Assembly: GCA_052034235.1 (NCBI GenBank)
Contig: JBPOIT010000011.1
Coordinates: 37,756 to 101,755 of the forward strand
DNA length: 64,000 bases
Direction: 5' to 3'
Source: Candidatus Levyibacteriota bacterium
GTDB taxonomy: Bacteria; Patescibacteriota; Microgenomatia; Levybacterales; UBA12049
A program made the position numbers and the translations under genes. Position 1 is the stretch's first letter. Each line of letters begins with the position of its first letter. Below are positions 10,068 to 19,302 of the stretch, piece after piece. The notes beneath the pieces were generated by a model. It did not search any database, was not told where the DNA came from, and saw only the letters and a program-made list of their open reading frames with translations.

Positions 10068-10256
10068 TTAAAGTTTGAGTAATTCTAAAACCTTATAAAC
10101 AACAACTGCTGGCCAGAATATGGCCATTATGATACCAATTAGGCCGTCTAGAAATGATGTGGAGGTCTGTAAAAAGTATACAAGCGCTCCAATAACACCC
10201 AAGCCGTAAAGCCCTCCTGTTCCCGCGTTACATTTCATGTTACTCACCCCCTTCAC
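10068..10256 (-). CDS. Small Gly-zipper membrane protein (62 aa), the putative integration target
   Basis: MKGVSNMKCNAGTGGLYGLGVIGALVYFLQ...IFWPAVVVYKVLELLKL has two predicted TM helices. Its 3' end is duplicated as the direct repeat. Confidence 0.5.
   Translation of the reverse strand: MKGVSNMKCNAGTGGLYGLGVIGALVYFLQTSTSFLDGLIGIIMAIFWPAVVVYKVLELLKL
10079..10121. repeat. 43-bp perfect direct repeat, copy 2. Forms the last 14 codons of the small membrane-protein gene
   Basis: Identical to 8716-8758. On the minus strand it encodes IFWPAVVVYKVLEL of ORF 10068..10256. Confidence 0.85.
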
Positions 10257-10351
10257 ACCACTATTCTATACCTGTATATTTACCCACACAATGATCTATC
10301 TCACGATATTATTAATTTTCCATACATTAAGGCTATGGTATAATCTATCTA

Positions 10352-10531
10352 ATGAAAGAACATCCATCAGTAGCAGAACGAAGTAATGGTCGCTTTGCTG
10401 GAATGTTCTTGGTATTTCGACGCAGAAAACCAGAACCTCAAAAATCACGACTAGATTATCATCAACTCCAAGATACTGTTGCTCGTACCGTATTGTCTAT
10501 CGGCCTCCAGCAAAACTCACGTAAACGATAG
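10352..10531 (+). CDS. Small basic hypothetical protein (59 aa)
   Basis: ATG at 10352 is preceded by ggtataat (a -10-like element 8 nt upstream, possibly leaderless). Translation MKEHPSVAERSNGRFAGMFLVFRRRKPEPQKSRLDYHQLQDTVARTVLSIGLQQNSRKR. Below the 60-aa cut-off of the ORF track. Confidence 0.3.
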   Translation: MKEHPSVAERSNGRFAGMFLVFRRRKPEPQKSRLDYHQLQDTVARTVLSIGLQQNSRKR

Positions 10532-10560
10532 TCTCAAATTTTTCGATATACTATACTGCA

Positions 10561-10803
10561 ATGAAGATTTCTGTTATCGTCCATCCAAATGCAAAACAGC
10601 CTAGGGTTGAAAAAGATCTATTGGAAGTGCTGCATGTATATGTATCTCAACCTCCTCTTGAAGGGAAAGCAAATGCAGCAGTTATAAACACCTTGGCTGA
10701 GCATTTAAAGGTAAAACGAAATCAAATACTTCTCATTTCTGGTGAAAAAACAAAATATAAAGTGTTTCAAATTAACTCTGCATTCTTGACAAATTCTTCA
10801 TAA
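10561..10803 (+). CDS. DUF167 (YggU-like, UPF0235) family protein
   Basis: 80 aa. ISVIVHPNAKQPRVEKD...LHVYVSQPPLEGKANAAVINTLAEHLKV matches the DUF167 pattern (V.V.P.A...; PP.EGKAN..L...LA). Confidence 0.75.
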   Translation: MKISVIVHPNAKQPRVEKDLLEVLHVYVSQPPLEGKANAAVINTLAEHLKVKRNQILLISGEKTKYKVFQINSAFLTNSS

Positions 10804-10841
10804 AAAGAGACTATAAATAGAGAAGATAAATATACACACCT

Positions 10842-11777
10842 ATGGATCAAAATATTCCAAACTCTAGCCCAACTGTAAATCCGGTAAAGAATCCCGAACC
10901 TCCGGTTAATCAACCACCAGTTGAACATGAGCAATCCTTTCAGCTAAATCAAACGCCAGCCACAACTCCACCACCTAGTAAAAAGCTTTCGATTCCTGTG
11001 GTGATTGTCCTTTTAATCCTTTCGTTCTTAGGAGGACTTTTCCTTGCAAGTTGGTATTATCAGAATCAGCTCGTAGATCTTAACAAAGCAAAGAAAGAAG
11101 TTGCTCCTGTAACAGCTAAAAATGAACTCATCATCGGAACAGATCCAACTGCGCCACCTATGGAATCATTAAGCGCATCAGGAACACTTATCGGATATGA
11201 CATAGACTTGGGTAATCGCATTGCTGATGGGTTAGATATGAAAGCAAAATTTGTCTCTACACCATGGGATACGATATTTGAGGATTTGGAAAATGGAAAA
11301 ATTGACGTCATTATTTCATCAGTCACCATTAATGAAGAGCGTAAGCAGAAATATGGTTTTTCTGAACCGTATATAAATGCAGGGCAAGTTATTGTATCCA
11401 GAAAGGATAATCAAATCACATCTGTTGAACAGTTGCGTGGAAAACGAATTTCTGTCCAAAAAGGCACGACCAATGAAAATGAAGCTTTAAAATACACCGC
11501 TAAAGAACTTGTCATCAGCTATGACGAGTTCGTAGTTGCTGCAAATGCAGTTTCAGTCGCATCAGCAGAGGCTATGATATCAGACTTAACTATGGCAAAA
11601 GGATTTATTGAAAAATATGATAATTTAAAAATTACGACCGATCCTTTTACAAATGAATATTACGGAGTAGTCATACGGAAAGATAATGTAGAGCTGCAAA
11701 AGAAAGTTAATGATGTATTATCAGTTCTTCGCGTCAATGGTGTCTTAACAGACTTAAAACAAAAATGGCTTGAATAG
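10842..11777 (+). CDS. Membrane-anchored family-3 substrate-binding protein (polar amino-acid ABC-type SBP fold)
   Basis: Pro-rich N-terminus plus a TM segment, then ELIIGTDPTAPPMESL...GYDIDLGNRIADGLDMKAKFVSTPWDTIFEDLENGKIDVIIS, typical of SBP_bac_3. Confidence 0.85.
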   Translation: MDQNIPNSSPTVNPVKNPEPPVNQPPVEHEQSFQLNQTPATTPPPSKKLSIPVVIVLLILSFLGGLFLASWYYQNQLVDLNKAKKEVAPVTAKNELIIGTDPTAPPMESLSASGTLIGYDIDLGNRIADGLDMKAKFVSTPWDTIFEDLENGKIDVIISSVTINEERKQKYGFSEPYINAGQVIVSRKDNQITSVEQLRGKRISVQKGTTNENEALKYTAKELVISYDEFVVAANAVSVASAEAMISDLTMAKGFIEKYDNLKITTDPFTNEYYGVVIRKDNVELQKKVNDVLSVLRVNGVLTDLKQKWLE

Positions 11778-11792
11778 CCTTACCTCGAATGA

Positions 11793-14033
11793 ATGAAATT
11801 AACGATACGAGCAAAATTACTGATAGGATTTACCTTGTTACTCCTTTTGTCTTCACTAGGGCTCGCCTTTTCATTCACAGCAACAGGTGACTACATTTCC
11901 TCACTCACCAAAGATAATCAGGCACAGGAAGCGAAAAAAGGTTCAGTACAAATTCAAAATTTCTTTACCAATATAAATGATATAACTTTTGGACTCGCTC
12001 GAACCTACAAAGATACTTTTTTAAATGCAAGTCAGTCGGCAGCATTTACAGATTTTAGTGCAATCAATCGCTATAGTATTCAAAATAATGAGCAGATCAA
12101 TAAAATAACCTACCTCTTACCTTCAGGACGACAACTCTATCGATTTGATATCCATGGACAAGTACCCCAGGATAGTTTGAATTATGAAGTTTATTCAGAC
12201 GCTTTCACTAATGCAGCACATGGAAAAACATCCATTTCAAAAGTGTACTTTATAGATCAATCATTAGGTCCACATTTAGATGTTTTTTCTCCTATTTATG
12301 ACAACAACCACACGGTGCGAAGTATCGTTAAGATGCAAATCAAACTTGAATCTCTGCGCAAGAAACTCGAAACGATTAAGTATGGTGAAAGGGGGTTTTT
12401 ATATGTTGTCGATGAAGAAGGTCGCCTCATAACACACCCATCCCAGCAATATGTTATACAGCGGCCAAACTTAACATCCCGAAAAATCGTTGCTATGACC
12501 GCACAGAACAAAAAGATAACTAAAAACGATGAAACTTATGTGAACGAAAAAAATATACCTGTTATTGCCAAGGCTGAGAAAATTCCAGGTATCAACTGGA
12601 TTGCAATTATTGAAGAACCACAAGTCGATGCAAATAGCTATCTCATTTTTCTTCGTAATCTTTTTATCAGTACCTTCATTGGAGCCTCACTCTTATTACT
12701 GCTTGTTTCACTCTATCTCAGCGAAAATTTCACACGGCCGATTAGACGATTACAGAAAGACGCTGAGAAAATTGAGAAAAAGCAAATGGACACTATGGAA
12801 ATAATAAAAACCGGAGATGAGATTGAAGCGTTATCGCGATCGTTTAGTTCAATGGTGAACCAATTATTATTACGCGAAAGCTCGATAAAAAATGAAAACC
12901 AAAAAATGATGACCTTACAACAATCCCTTTCAGATGCTGTGATTGGCCTTGATTCAGAATATCAAATTATCGCATTCAATAGAGCAACTGAAAAAATTAC
13001 AGGTTTTAAAGCGGAAGAAGTAAAGGGGAAACATATAAACGAAGTCTTATTGCTTTACTCTGATCACGAGAGAATTATATTTGATACATATAGCGATCAA
13101 AATCCATCAATGAAAGAAAAACTCCGCGAAAAAGGCTTAAGAATGACAAACACACGGGGAGAAAAACTTACTATTTCAATTACTACCTCCCCTATTCTTT
13201 TTGACGATAAAAAGACAGGTTATATCATAGCATTCCATGATATGACGAAAGAGCATGAACTGGAAGAAATGAAACTGGACTTTGTGTCTATGGCTGCACA
13301 TGAACTTCGTACACCTTTAACAGCAATTAGAGGCTATGCATCAATTCTTCAGCAACAGAAACAAGATCTTCTGGATGTTGTAGGAAAAGAAATGCTTCGA
13401 AAACTTATTATCACCGGTGAAAATCTAAGTAACCTGATAGATAATTTGTTAAGCGTTTCACGTATTGAACGCAATATGTTTAGTCTTGATAAAAAACCGG
13501 TAAAGGTAGATATGCTCATTACCAATGTCGTTGATACGCTAAAAAATCAAACGACAATGAAAAAACAACAATTGAACATTAAAGTCCCAGGCGATCTCCC
13601 CGAAATTATGGCTGATCCGTTTCGTATCACGCAGGTAATTTTAAACCTTGCCGCAAATGCGAGTAATTATACTTTTGAGAATGGAAGTATTACTATAGAA
13701 GCGCAAAAAAAGGACGGCTTTATTCAAGTATCTGTAACAGATTCGGGGCAAGGCATTCCAAAAGAAGCATTATCCAAGCTTTTTACTAAGTTCTTTAGAG
13801 TATCGGGCACACTTGAGCAAGGATCCAAAGGGACAGGATTAGGGCTTTATATTTCCAAATCGATAATAGAAATGCATAACGGTAAAATTTGGGTAGAAAG
13901 CGAGGTCGGCAAAGGATCAATATTTACTTTCGAACTTCCAACAGCTACTGATGAAGACATCAAACAATACAACGAACGAAACACAGCTCTCAAACTCTCA
14001 CAAGCAAACACACCTACCATACACCATAGCTAA
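11793..14033 (+). CDS. Sensor histidine kinase (Cache-like extracellular domain, HAMP, PAS, HisKA, HATPase_c)
   Basis: 746 aa. TM, a large periplasmic domain, a second TM, then a HAMP-like region. PAS at SLSDAVIGLDSEYQIIAFNRATEKITG. H-box at FVSMAAHELRTPLTAIRGY. G-boxes at GTGLGLYISKSIIEMHNGKIWVES. It lies 15 nt downstream of the SBP gene. Confidence 0.9.
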   Translation: MKLTIRAKLLIGFTLLLLLSSLGLAFSFTATGDYISSLTKDNQAQEAKKGSVQIQNFFTNINDITFGLARTYKDTFLNASQSAAFTDFSAINRYSIQNNEQINKITYLLPSGRQLYRFDIHGQVPQDSLNYEVYSDAFTNAAHGKTSISKVYFIDQSLGPHLDVFSPIYDNNHTVRSIVKMQIKLESLRKKLETIKYGERGFLYVVDEEGRLITHPSQQYVIQRPNLTSRKIVAMTAQNKKITKNDETYVNEKNIPVIAKAEKIPGINWIAIIEEPQVDANSYLIFLRNLFISTFIGASLLLLLVSLYLSENFTRPIRRLQKDAEKIEKKQMDTMEIIKTGDEIEALSRSFSSMVNQLLLRESSIKNENQKMMTLQQSLSDAVIGLDSEYQIIAFNRATEKITGFKAEEVKGKHINEVLLLYSDHERIIFDTYSDQNPSMKEKLREKGLRMTNTRGEKLTISITTSPILFDDKKTGYIIAFHDMTKEHELEEMKLDFVSMAAHELRTPLTAIRGYASILQQQKQDLLDVVGKEMLRKLIITGENLSNLIDNLLSVSRIERNMFSLDKKPVKVDMLITNVVDTLKNQTTMKKQQLNIKVPGDLPEIMADPFRITQVILNLAANASNYTFENGSITIEAQKKDGFIQVSVTDSGQGIPKEALSKLFTKFFRVSGTLEQGSKGTGLGLYISKSIIEMHNGKIWVESEVGKGSIFTFELPTATDEDIKQYNERNTALKLSQANTPTIHHS

Positions 14034-14053
14034 TATACCAATGATGACTGAGG

Positions 14054-16261
14054 TTAATTGTTTGGGGCAATTGGAATTCCTGCGGTATTGACGTTTGGAA
14101 ATGGTATATCAGTAGGTTGAGGAACTGACGGTTTTTTCATAGGATTAAACGCCAACAGAAATGCTAAACCTTTATTTCTGTCAGGAGAAATATAATTCTG
14201 AAAATCTTTGTCAGTTCGCAATTCTTCAGGCAAACTTTTCCAAAATTCTTGCCAGGTAAAATCATCACCCTTTAACAAGGCTTCAGATAATTTCACCAAA
14301 ATTCCATCATTAATTTTCATGGTTCCCGTACTCTTGGTAGCAATAATTTGATTCTTCAGCACTGCCTCTAAGTTACCATACCCACCGCAAGATCCTAAAA
14401 AAACGAGCTCTACACCAGGTGGGATATGTGAGATAGTTTTCTCAACATGAGTGCTATGTCCGCGATGAGCAGCAACTTTCACCTGCTTACCCGCAACATC
14501 TAAAGCAGTCTCTATATCTTTTATACCCTTAACATCTTCAGAAGGTTTATTTGCCCAAATTTCTACTTTCTTTCCATTTACTTCTTGCGTTAGCACAATA
14601 TAACTTCCTTTATCAACAACCTTTACTCCATTTTTTTCTGTTGTTGGAATTTTGGCTATTATTCCCTGTTCATCCCACACTGCATCAAACCCATAACTAT
14701 TGAGCATATGCTTAAATGAATTATGACCGTCTAGTCGCTCCTCCCCTTTATCATTATAAAAATAGAATTGTTGCACATTTGTGTTATTAGCATCAAAAAA
14801 ATCTGCTGGTTTGACCTGATTCAAACTTGGTAGCGAATATTCCAAGCGAAGTTGTTTAATTATTGGATTCTCACTTCCATTATCTGCCAATACAGCTCCC
14901 AATAAGCCATATAGCTTTCTAGCATCCTTCCCAGTATGTCTATCCTCTGATACTCGTTTATATTCACTAATAATTAAATCTTCAAGCATCCGACGTTGGG
15001 CTGTATCTGAAATTGTTCCGAGAATATCAGCGGCTACCATGCCCTGTTCTGTAGGATTCTCTGCCTGTTCCAATCCCTTAACTGCGGTTAACAAAACCGC
15101 TGTCGCGTCTTCTTTTTTCATTGTACCGAGGAATTCATCAAGACGATTAAACTCTACAAGTTGCTTTACAAAACTGCTACGGCGAACATTACCAACCTGT
15201 GTAAGCAGTTCATTTCCATCTATGTGATTTGTTTGCATATCGGCCATCATTCTATTAAATAAACCATTAAACGATGAGGTATAAATACGACCGTCATTGT
15301 ATGCTATAAGTGGGTAAATTAGTTTTGCGGGTAAGCCCTCTACAACAGAGAATCTTTCAGAATCTTCTTGATCATGAAGATTATTTATATAGCTAACTTT
15401 ATTTTCAGCTATATTTAAAATTTCCCGTTCAACTGCAAAAGCTGCCAGATGATCAGGTACAGACTTAATATCTATAAGTTTTTTTAAGGCTATATTAGGA
15501 TGATTTAGCTGCCAATCCGCTGTGTCTTCATTTAAATTTCCGTTCATCATATCTTCAAGCAATATTCCTGTAGTTGGCATCGATAACGAGGCTATCTTTT
15601 TAACCACAGGGGATGCTTCAGGGTCATTTGCAAGTATTTCATCGAAAAGCTCTCTATAATGATCTTCTGCAATGAGTCGTGGATCTTGTACAAAAGCTGC
15701 TTCTAATAACTTTTTATATTCTTCTTTCACTAATAAACCTTTGAGATTTTTTTCATATTTCATATACGTTTCGGGAGACTGCGCAGTCAGATGCTCTATC
15801 TCCTTTTTAATTTCAGGTGTTATTTTTATGTATGGAACCATTCGTAGAAACTCGTCAGGATCTTTTTTCCTGAGCATTATGAGATCGCCCATAATTTCAG
15901 GGGTTAATACCGGTGGATGCTCTGTTGTAACCATTTGAGGTTCTTTTTTTTGTCCTACCGCATTTATTCTCTCAGTTATACTCTCGATTGTTAAAAATTT
16001 TTGTTCCTGCACCTGCTCAATCCCCTGATTAACTTTAAAGGATGATTCATTACCGGGAGATGAATCGATAGTGGATTTTGAAAAAGGATTAACAAGAGTA
16101 AGAACTGCAAGCCCAGCACTCATAGCTCTCGTTGTTCTATCAAATCTACGAACTGGTGGTTCTCCTCTTGGTGGTGAGGACCGAGCCTCATGTTGTCCAT
16201 GACGTGCTGAATGCTTTGATTTTAATGTCTCGTATATACTATCATCTCGTGTTTCACTCAT
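14054..16261 (-). CDS. Large hypothetical secreted or membrane-anchored protein (about 735 aa from the preferred start)
   Basis: The ORF track extends to 16390; I prefer the start MSETRDD... (ATG at 16259-16261). A single TM or signal anchor occurs at RAMSAGLAVLTLVNPF. The C-terminal VAAHRGHSTHV...VELVFLGSCGGYG weakly suggests a His/Cys hydrolase dyad (speculative). Confidence 0.65.
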   Translation of the reverse strand: MSETRDDSIYETLKSKHSARHGQHEARSSPPRGEPPVRRFDRTTRAMSAGLAVLTLVNPFSKSTIDSSPGNESSFKVNQGIEQVQEQKFLTIESITERINAVGQKKEPQMVTTEHPPVLTPEIMGDLIMLRKKDPDEFLRMVPYIKITPEIKKEIEHLTAQSPETYMKYEKNLKGLLVKEEYKKLLEAAFVQDPRLIAEDHYRELFDEILANDPEASPVVKKIASLSMPTTGILLEDMMNGNLNEDTADWQLNHPNIALKKLIDIKSVPDHLAAFAVEREILNIAENKVSYINNLHDQEDSERFSVVEGLPAKLIYPLIAYNDGRIYTSSFNGLFNRMMADMQTNHIDGNELLTQVGNVRRSSFVKQLVEFNRLDEFLGTMKKEDATAVLLTAVKGLEQAENPTEQGMVAADILGTISDTAQRRMLEDLIISEYKRVSEDRHTGKDARKLYGLLGAVLADNGSENPIIKQLRLEYSLPSLNQVKPADFFDANNTNVQQFYFYNDKGEERLDGHNSFKHMLNSYGFDAVWDEQGIIAKIPTTEKNGVKVVDKGSYIVLTQEVNGKKVEIWANKPSEDVKGIKDIETALDVAGKQVKVAAHRGHSTHVEKTISHIPPGVELVFLGSCGGYGNLEAVLKNQIIATKSTGTMKINDGILVKLSEALLKGDDFTWQEFWKSLPEELRTDKDFQNYISPDRNKGLAFLLAFNPMKKPSVPQPTDIPFPNVNTAGIPIAPNN

Positions 16262-16432
16262 ATTCGTGTACTTAAATAATACCATAACATGATATTTATA
16301 TTTATAACTTGAATTGCTTTTTAATAAAATTAAAAATTCTGGCAGCCAAAAACTATCATGATCTTTATCACGAGGTGAGCAATTTGACAATAAAAATGAT
16401 TCATTGTACCATGCTACATATCATATGATTAG

Positions 16433-17761
16433 ATGTTTACCTCAAACAGCAAATACATATCGCTAGTCGTTTTTATTACCCTTTTATTTACAATTGGCAA
16501 TCTTTTTCTGCTATATAAAAACGTGCAAACGATAAGAGCAAACGCAGCCTCAGTCAACCATACCCACACCGTCAAACAAGAACTAGCAGGAATCTTGCAA
16601 GCCCTGACCGATGCTGAAACTGGTCAGCGCGGTTATTTAATAACAAATGATGAGAGGTATCTAAAGCCTTATATCGATGCTAAACCTACTATGTTTAGGT
16701 ATTTAAACGATGTTGAAAATTTAACCCACGATAACCCAATACAACAAGCCAACGTCGACGAATTAAGAGCATTAGTGCAACAACGTATGAACTGGCTTGA
16801 AGAAGGTGTTAAAATGCGAACTGAACAAAATTACGAATCTGCACAGACTTTTATAACCACTGGTGTTGGTATAACGACAATGATTGAGGTGCGAGAGAAA
16901 GTATCAGCCATGCTGATCGAAGAAGATCGACTCCTGAAAGTGCGTGAAAATCAAACGAATAGCAGTTTTAGAACCCTCAATATTACGAGCGGCATTGGAG
17001 GTTTATTTAATATTGGATTAATACTTTTGTCTTTCTATTTAATAAAAGAAGAACTACAACGGCGTAATCAACTTGAGAAGAACAAAGACGATTTTATCAG
17101 TATGGCGAGTCATGAATTAAAAACGCCAATTACAAGTCTAAATATTTACACACAAATCGCCGTAAAAAATCTTGAGAGAAAAAAGTATACCGAGACAAAA
17201 AAGCTGCTTGAGAAAATAACCAACCAAACAGCTCGACTATCCTCACTCGTTACGGATTTACTGGATATCTCACGTGTTCAGACAGGAAAATTAAAAATTG
17301 AACACTCCCCTTTTGATATCGATGCACTCATTCATGAAACGGTCGAAAGTATCCAGCAAACGACAGCAAAGCATAAAATTACCGTAAAATCTACTATAAA
17401 ACGTCAGGTAAACGGAGATAGATATCGCATTTATCAAGTGTTAACAAACTTGCTAACGAACGCTGTCAAATATTCTCCCAAAGGAAAGAAAATTACCGTA
17501 CATGCGAAATCAACACGTAAAGAAGTAGTTATTGCTATAAAAGATCAAGGTATCGGTATTGAAAAGAAACATCAAAAAAAGATATTTCAAAAACTTTATC
17601 AAGTAACTGACTCTCATGGGAATACCTATCCTGGATTTGGGATCGGACTTTATATCAGTTCACAAATAATCAGGCAGCACCGTGGAAAAATTTGGGTAGA
17701 AAGTAAAAAAGAGAAAGGTTCAACATTCTCTTTTAGCATTCCGTTTAATGATAATGCATGA
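16433..17761 (+). CDS. Sensor histidine kinase with a CHASE3 extracellular domain
   Basis: 442 aa. TM, a CHASE3-like region (TDAETGQRGYLITNDERYLKPY), a second TM, an H-box at FISMASHELKTPITSLNIY and HATPase motifs at GFGIGLYISSQIIRQHRGKIWVES. Confidence 0.9.
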   Translation: MFTSNSKYISLVVFITLLFTIGNLFLLYKNVQTIRANAASVNHTHTVKQELAGILQALTDAETGQRGYLITNDERYLKPYIDAKPTMFRYLNDVENLTHDNPIQQANVDELRALVQQRMNWLEEGVKMRTEQNYESAQTFITTGVGITTMIEVREKVSAMLIEEDRLLKVRENQTNSSFRTLNITSGIGGLFNIGLILLSFYLIKEELQRRNQLEKNKDDFISMASHELKTPITSLNIYTQIAVKNLERKKYTETKKLLEKITNQTARLSSLVTDLLDISRVQTGKLKIEHSPFDIDALIHETVESIQQTTAKHKITVKSTIKRQVNGDRYRIYQVLTNLLTNAVKYSPKGKKITVHAKSTRKEVVIAIKDQGIGIEKKHQKKIFQKLYQVTDSHGNTYPGFGIGLYISSQIIRQHRGKIWVESKKEKGSTFSFSIPFNDNA

Positions 17762-17818
17762 ACCTGCATTTTTAAAAAACTCTTGCCAATTGTTGAGTTG
17801 TGATGTATTATTACGATA

Positions 17819-18325
17819 ATGAGTGATTTTGAAGAAAAGAAAGACCAAGAACCGGAAGAAAAATCAGAGAAAAAAGTTTCTGGTTTTAAAAAACTTCGCG
17901 GTAACCGAAAATTCCGACTTATTTTTATTGGAGTTTTGCTCGTTATAATTGGGGTACTTTTTTACTTCTTTGAAAAGCTTCGTATTGTTCTTGCAATCGC
18001 CTTTATCGCACTTCTCGCAGCATTCGGTCTTGAAGCTTCACAAAATGATTGGGATCTCGGAAAATTATGGGAAACAAAATCTTTCCAGGAATCAAAAGTC
18101 ACTCGTGACGAAAAAGGTAATATTATGTTTGATAAATTGGGTAATATTACTACAGATTCCAGCAAAGGCAAACAAGCAGATGATTATAACTGCAATGACT
18201 TTGCAAACAAACCAGAAGCACAATCCTTCTTTACTAAAGTTGGCGGCACTGGAAACGATTTGAATAGATTAGATGGTGACAAAGACGGCGAAGCTTGTGA
18301 AAGTCTTCCTAAAACAAGTAAATAA
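17819..18325 (+). CDS. Membrane protein with a C-terminal Excalibur (extracellular calcium-binding) domain
   Basis: 168 aa. Acidic N-terminus, a TM segment and C-terminal YNCNDFANKPEAQSFFTKVGGTGNDLNRLDGDKDGEACESLP, which is the Excalibur DxDxDGxxCE signature. Confidence 0.8.
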   Translation: MSDFEEKKDQEPEEKSEKKVSGFKKLRGNRKFRLIFIGVLLVIIGVLFYFFEKLRIVLAIAFIALLAAFGLEASQNDWDLGKLWETKSFQESKVTRDEKGNIMFDKLGNITTDSSKGKQADDYNCNDFANKPEAQSFFTKVGGTGNDLNRLDGDKDGEACESLPKTSK

Positions 18326-19210
18326 TTACCCCTTTTTCTTCATATCTCTACATCCGTGAGGACAAAGAATAACTCCATCTTTAGGTCGACAATCCATACA
18401 CATAATTAAATGTCTGTGGCATTTATCATTACTACAATTTATATACTCCTCACTGATCTTTCCACATTGAGCGCATCTTCCAACAATTTCGTGTTTACTA
18501 CTTTCCGTTTCAAAGCCCATGAGTATGCGATTATCAAAAACATATAATTTACCTTTAAAATCTTCGTTGGGATATTTTGCCATATAGGTCACAATCCCAT
18601 CCTGAAGTTGATAGATATCTTTAAAACCATGTTTGAGTAGTAAACCTGAAGCACGCTCACAACGAATCCCGCCTGTACACACTGTGACAATAGGCCTGTC
18701 ATTATATTTTTTAAGCTTTGGAAGTACCTTTGGTAAATCACGAAATGTTTCAATTGGCGGTAAAATAGAGCCTTCAAATCGACCACTATTATGCTCATAA
18801 TCATTTCGCATATCCATTATGTAAAACTTTTTTTTCTGTTTTATCCACTCGTGCAAATCATCTGCTGTAATATATTTTCCGGTAAGTTGCGAGGGTTCAA
18901 CATCCCACTCTTCAGTCTTATCACTTACCAAATCCTGCCTGACTCTTACTTGGAGTCGTGGAAGCGCATTTCCTGTTCCTTTACTGCGTTTAAACACAAT
19001 GTCAGAAAACCGCTTGTCTTGTTGCATTGCTTCAACATACTTTTCAGTAGATTCAATCGTCCCCTCCACCGTACCATTAATGCCGTTATGGGCAACAATA
19101 ATTCTTCCTTTAAGCCCAAGATCTAGACAAAGTTGTCTCTGACTATCACACACTTTTTGCGGCTCATCAAGAGAAACATATTTATAATAAAGGAGCACCT
19201 GATATATCAT
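18326..19210 (-). CDS. trhO: tRNA uridine(34) hydroxylase TrhO (rhodanese-domain protein, UPF0176/YceA family)
   Basis: MIYQVLLYYKYVSLDEPQ... N-terminus typical of YceA. Rhodanese active site CTGGIRCE. C-terminal Cys-rich tail (CAQCGK...CPHGC). The ORF track extends to 19303; I prefer the start at M32 (19210). Confidence 0.85.
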   Translation of the reverse strand: MIYQVLLYYKYVSLDEPQKVCDSQRQLCLDLGLKGRIIVAHNGINGTVEGTIESTEKYVEAMQQDKRFSDIVFKRSKGTGNALPRLQVRVRQDLVSDKTEEWDVEPSQLTGKYITADDLHEWIKQKKKFYIMDMRNDYEHNSGRFEGSILPPIETFRDLPKVLPKLKKYNDRPIVTVCTGGIRCERASGLLLKHGFKDIYQLQDGIVTYMAKYPNEDFKGKLYVFDNRILMGFETESSKHEIVGRCAQCGKISEEYINCSNDKCHRHLIMCMDCRPKDGVILCPHGCRDMKKKG

Positions 19211-19302
19211 ATTTTGCTTAGATGAATTATAACAATATTTTTGAAGAAGTAAAATGTTGTGTGGAATAAGTATAATTGCTATGCTGTATATAAAGCTCAA
19301 CA

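Noticed and set aside
14054-16390. N-terminal 43-aa extension of the large secreted protein ORF (start at 16390)
   Set aside because: The extension (MSNCSPRDKDHDSFWLPEFLILL...) lies in AT-rich promoter-like DNA. The internal start MSETRDD at 16261 gives a more typical N-terminus, so the shorter model is preferred.
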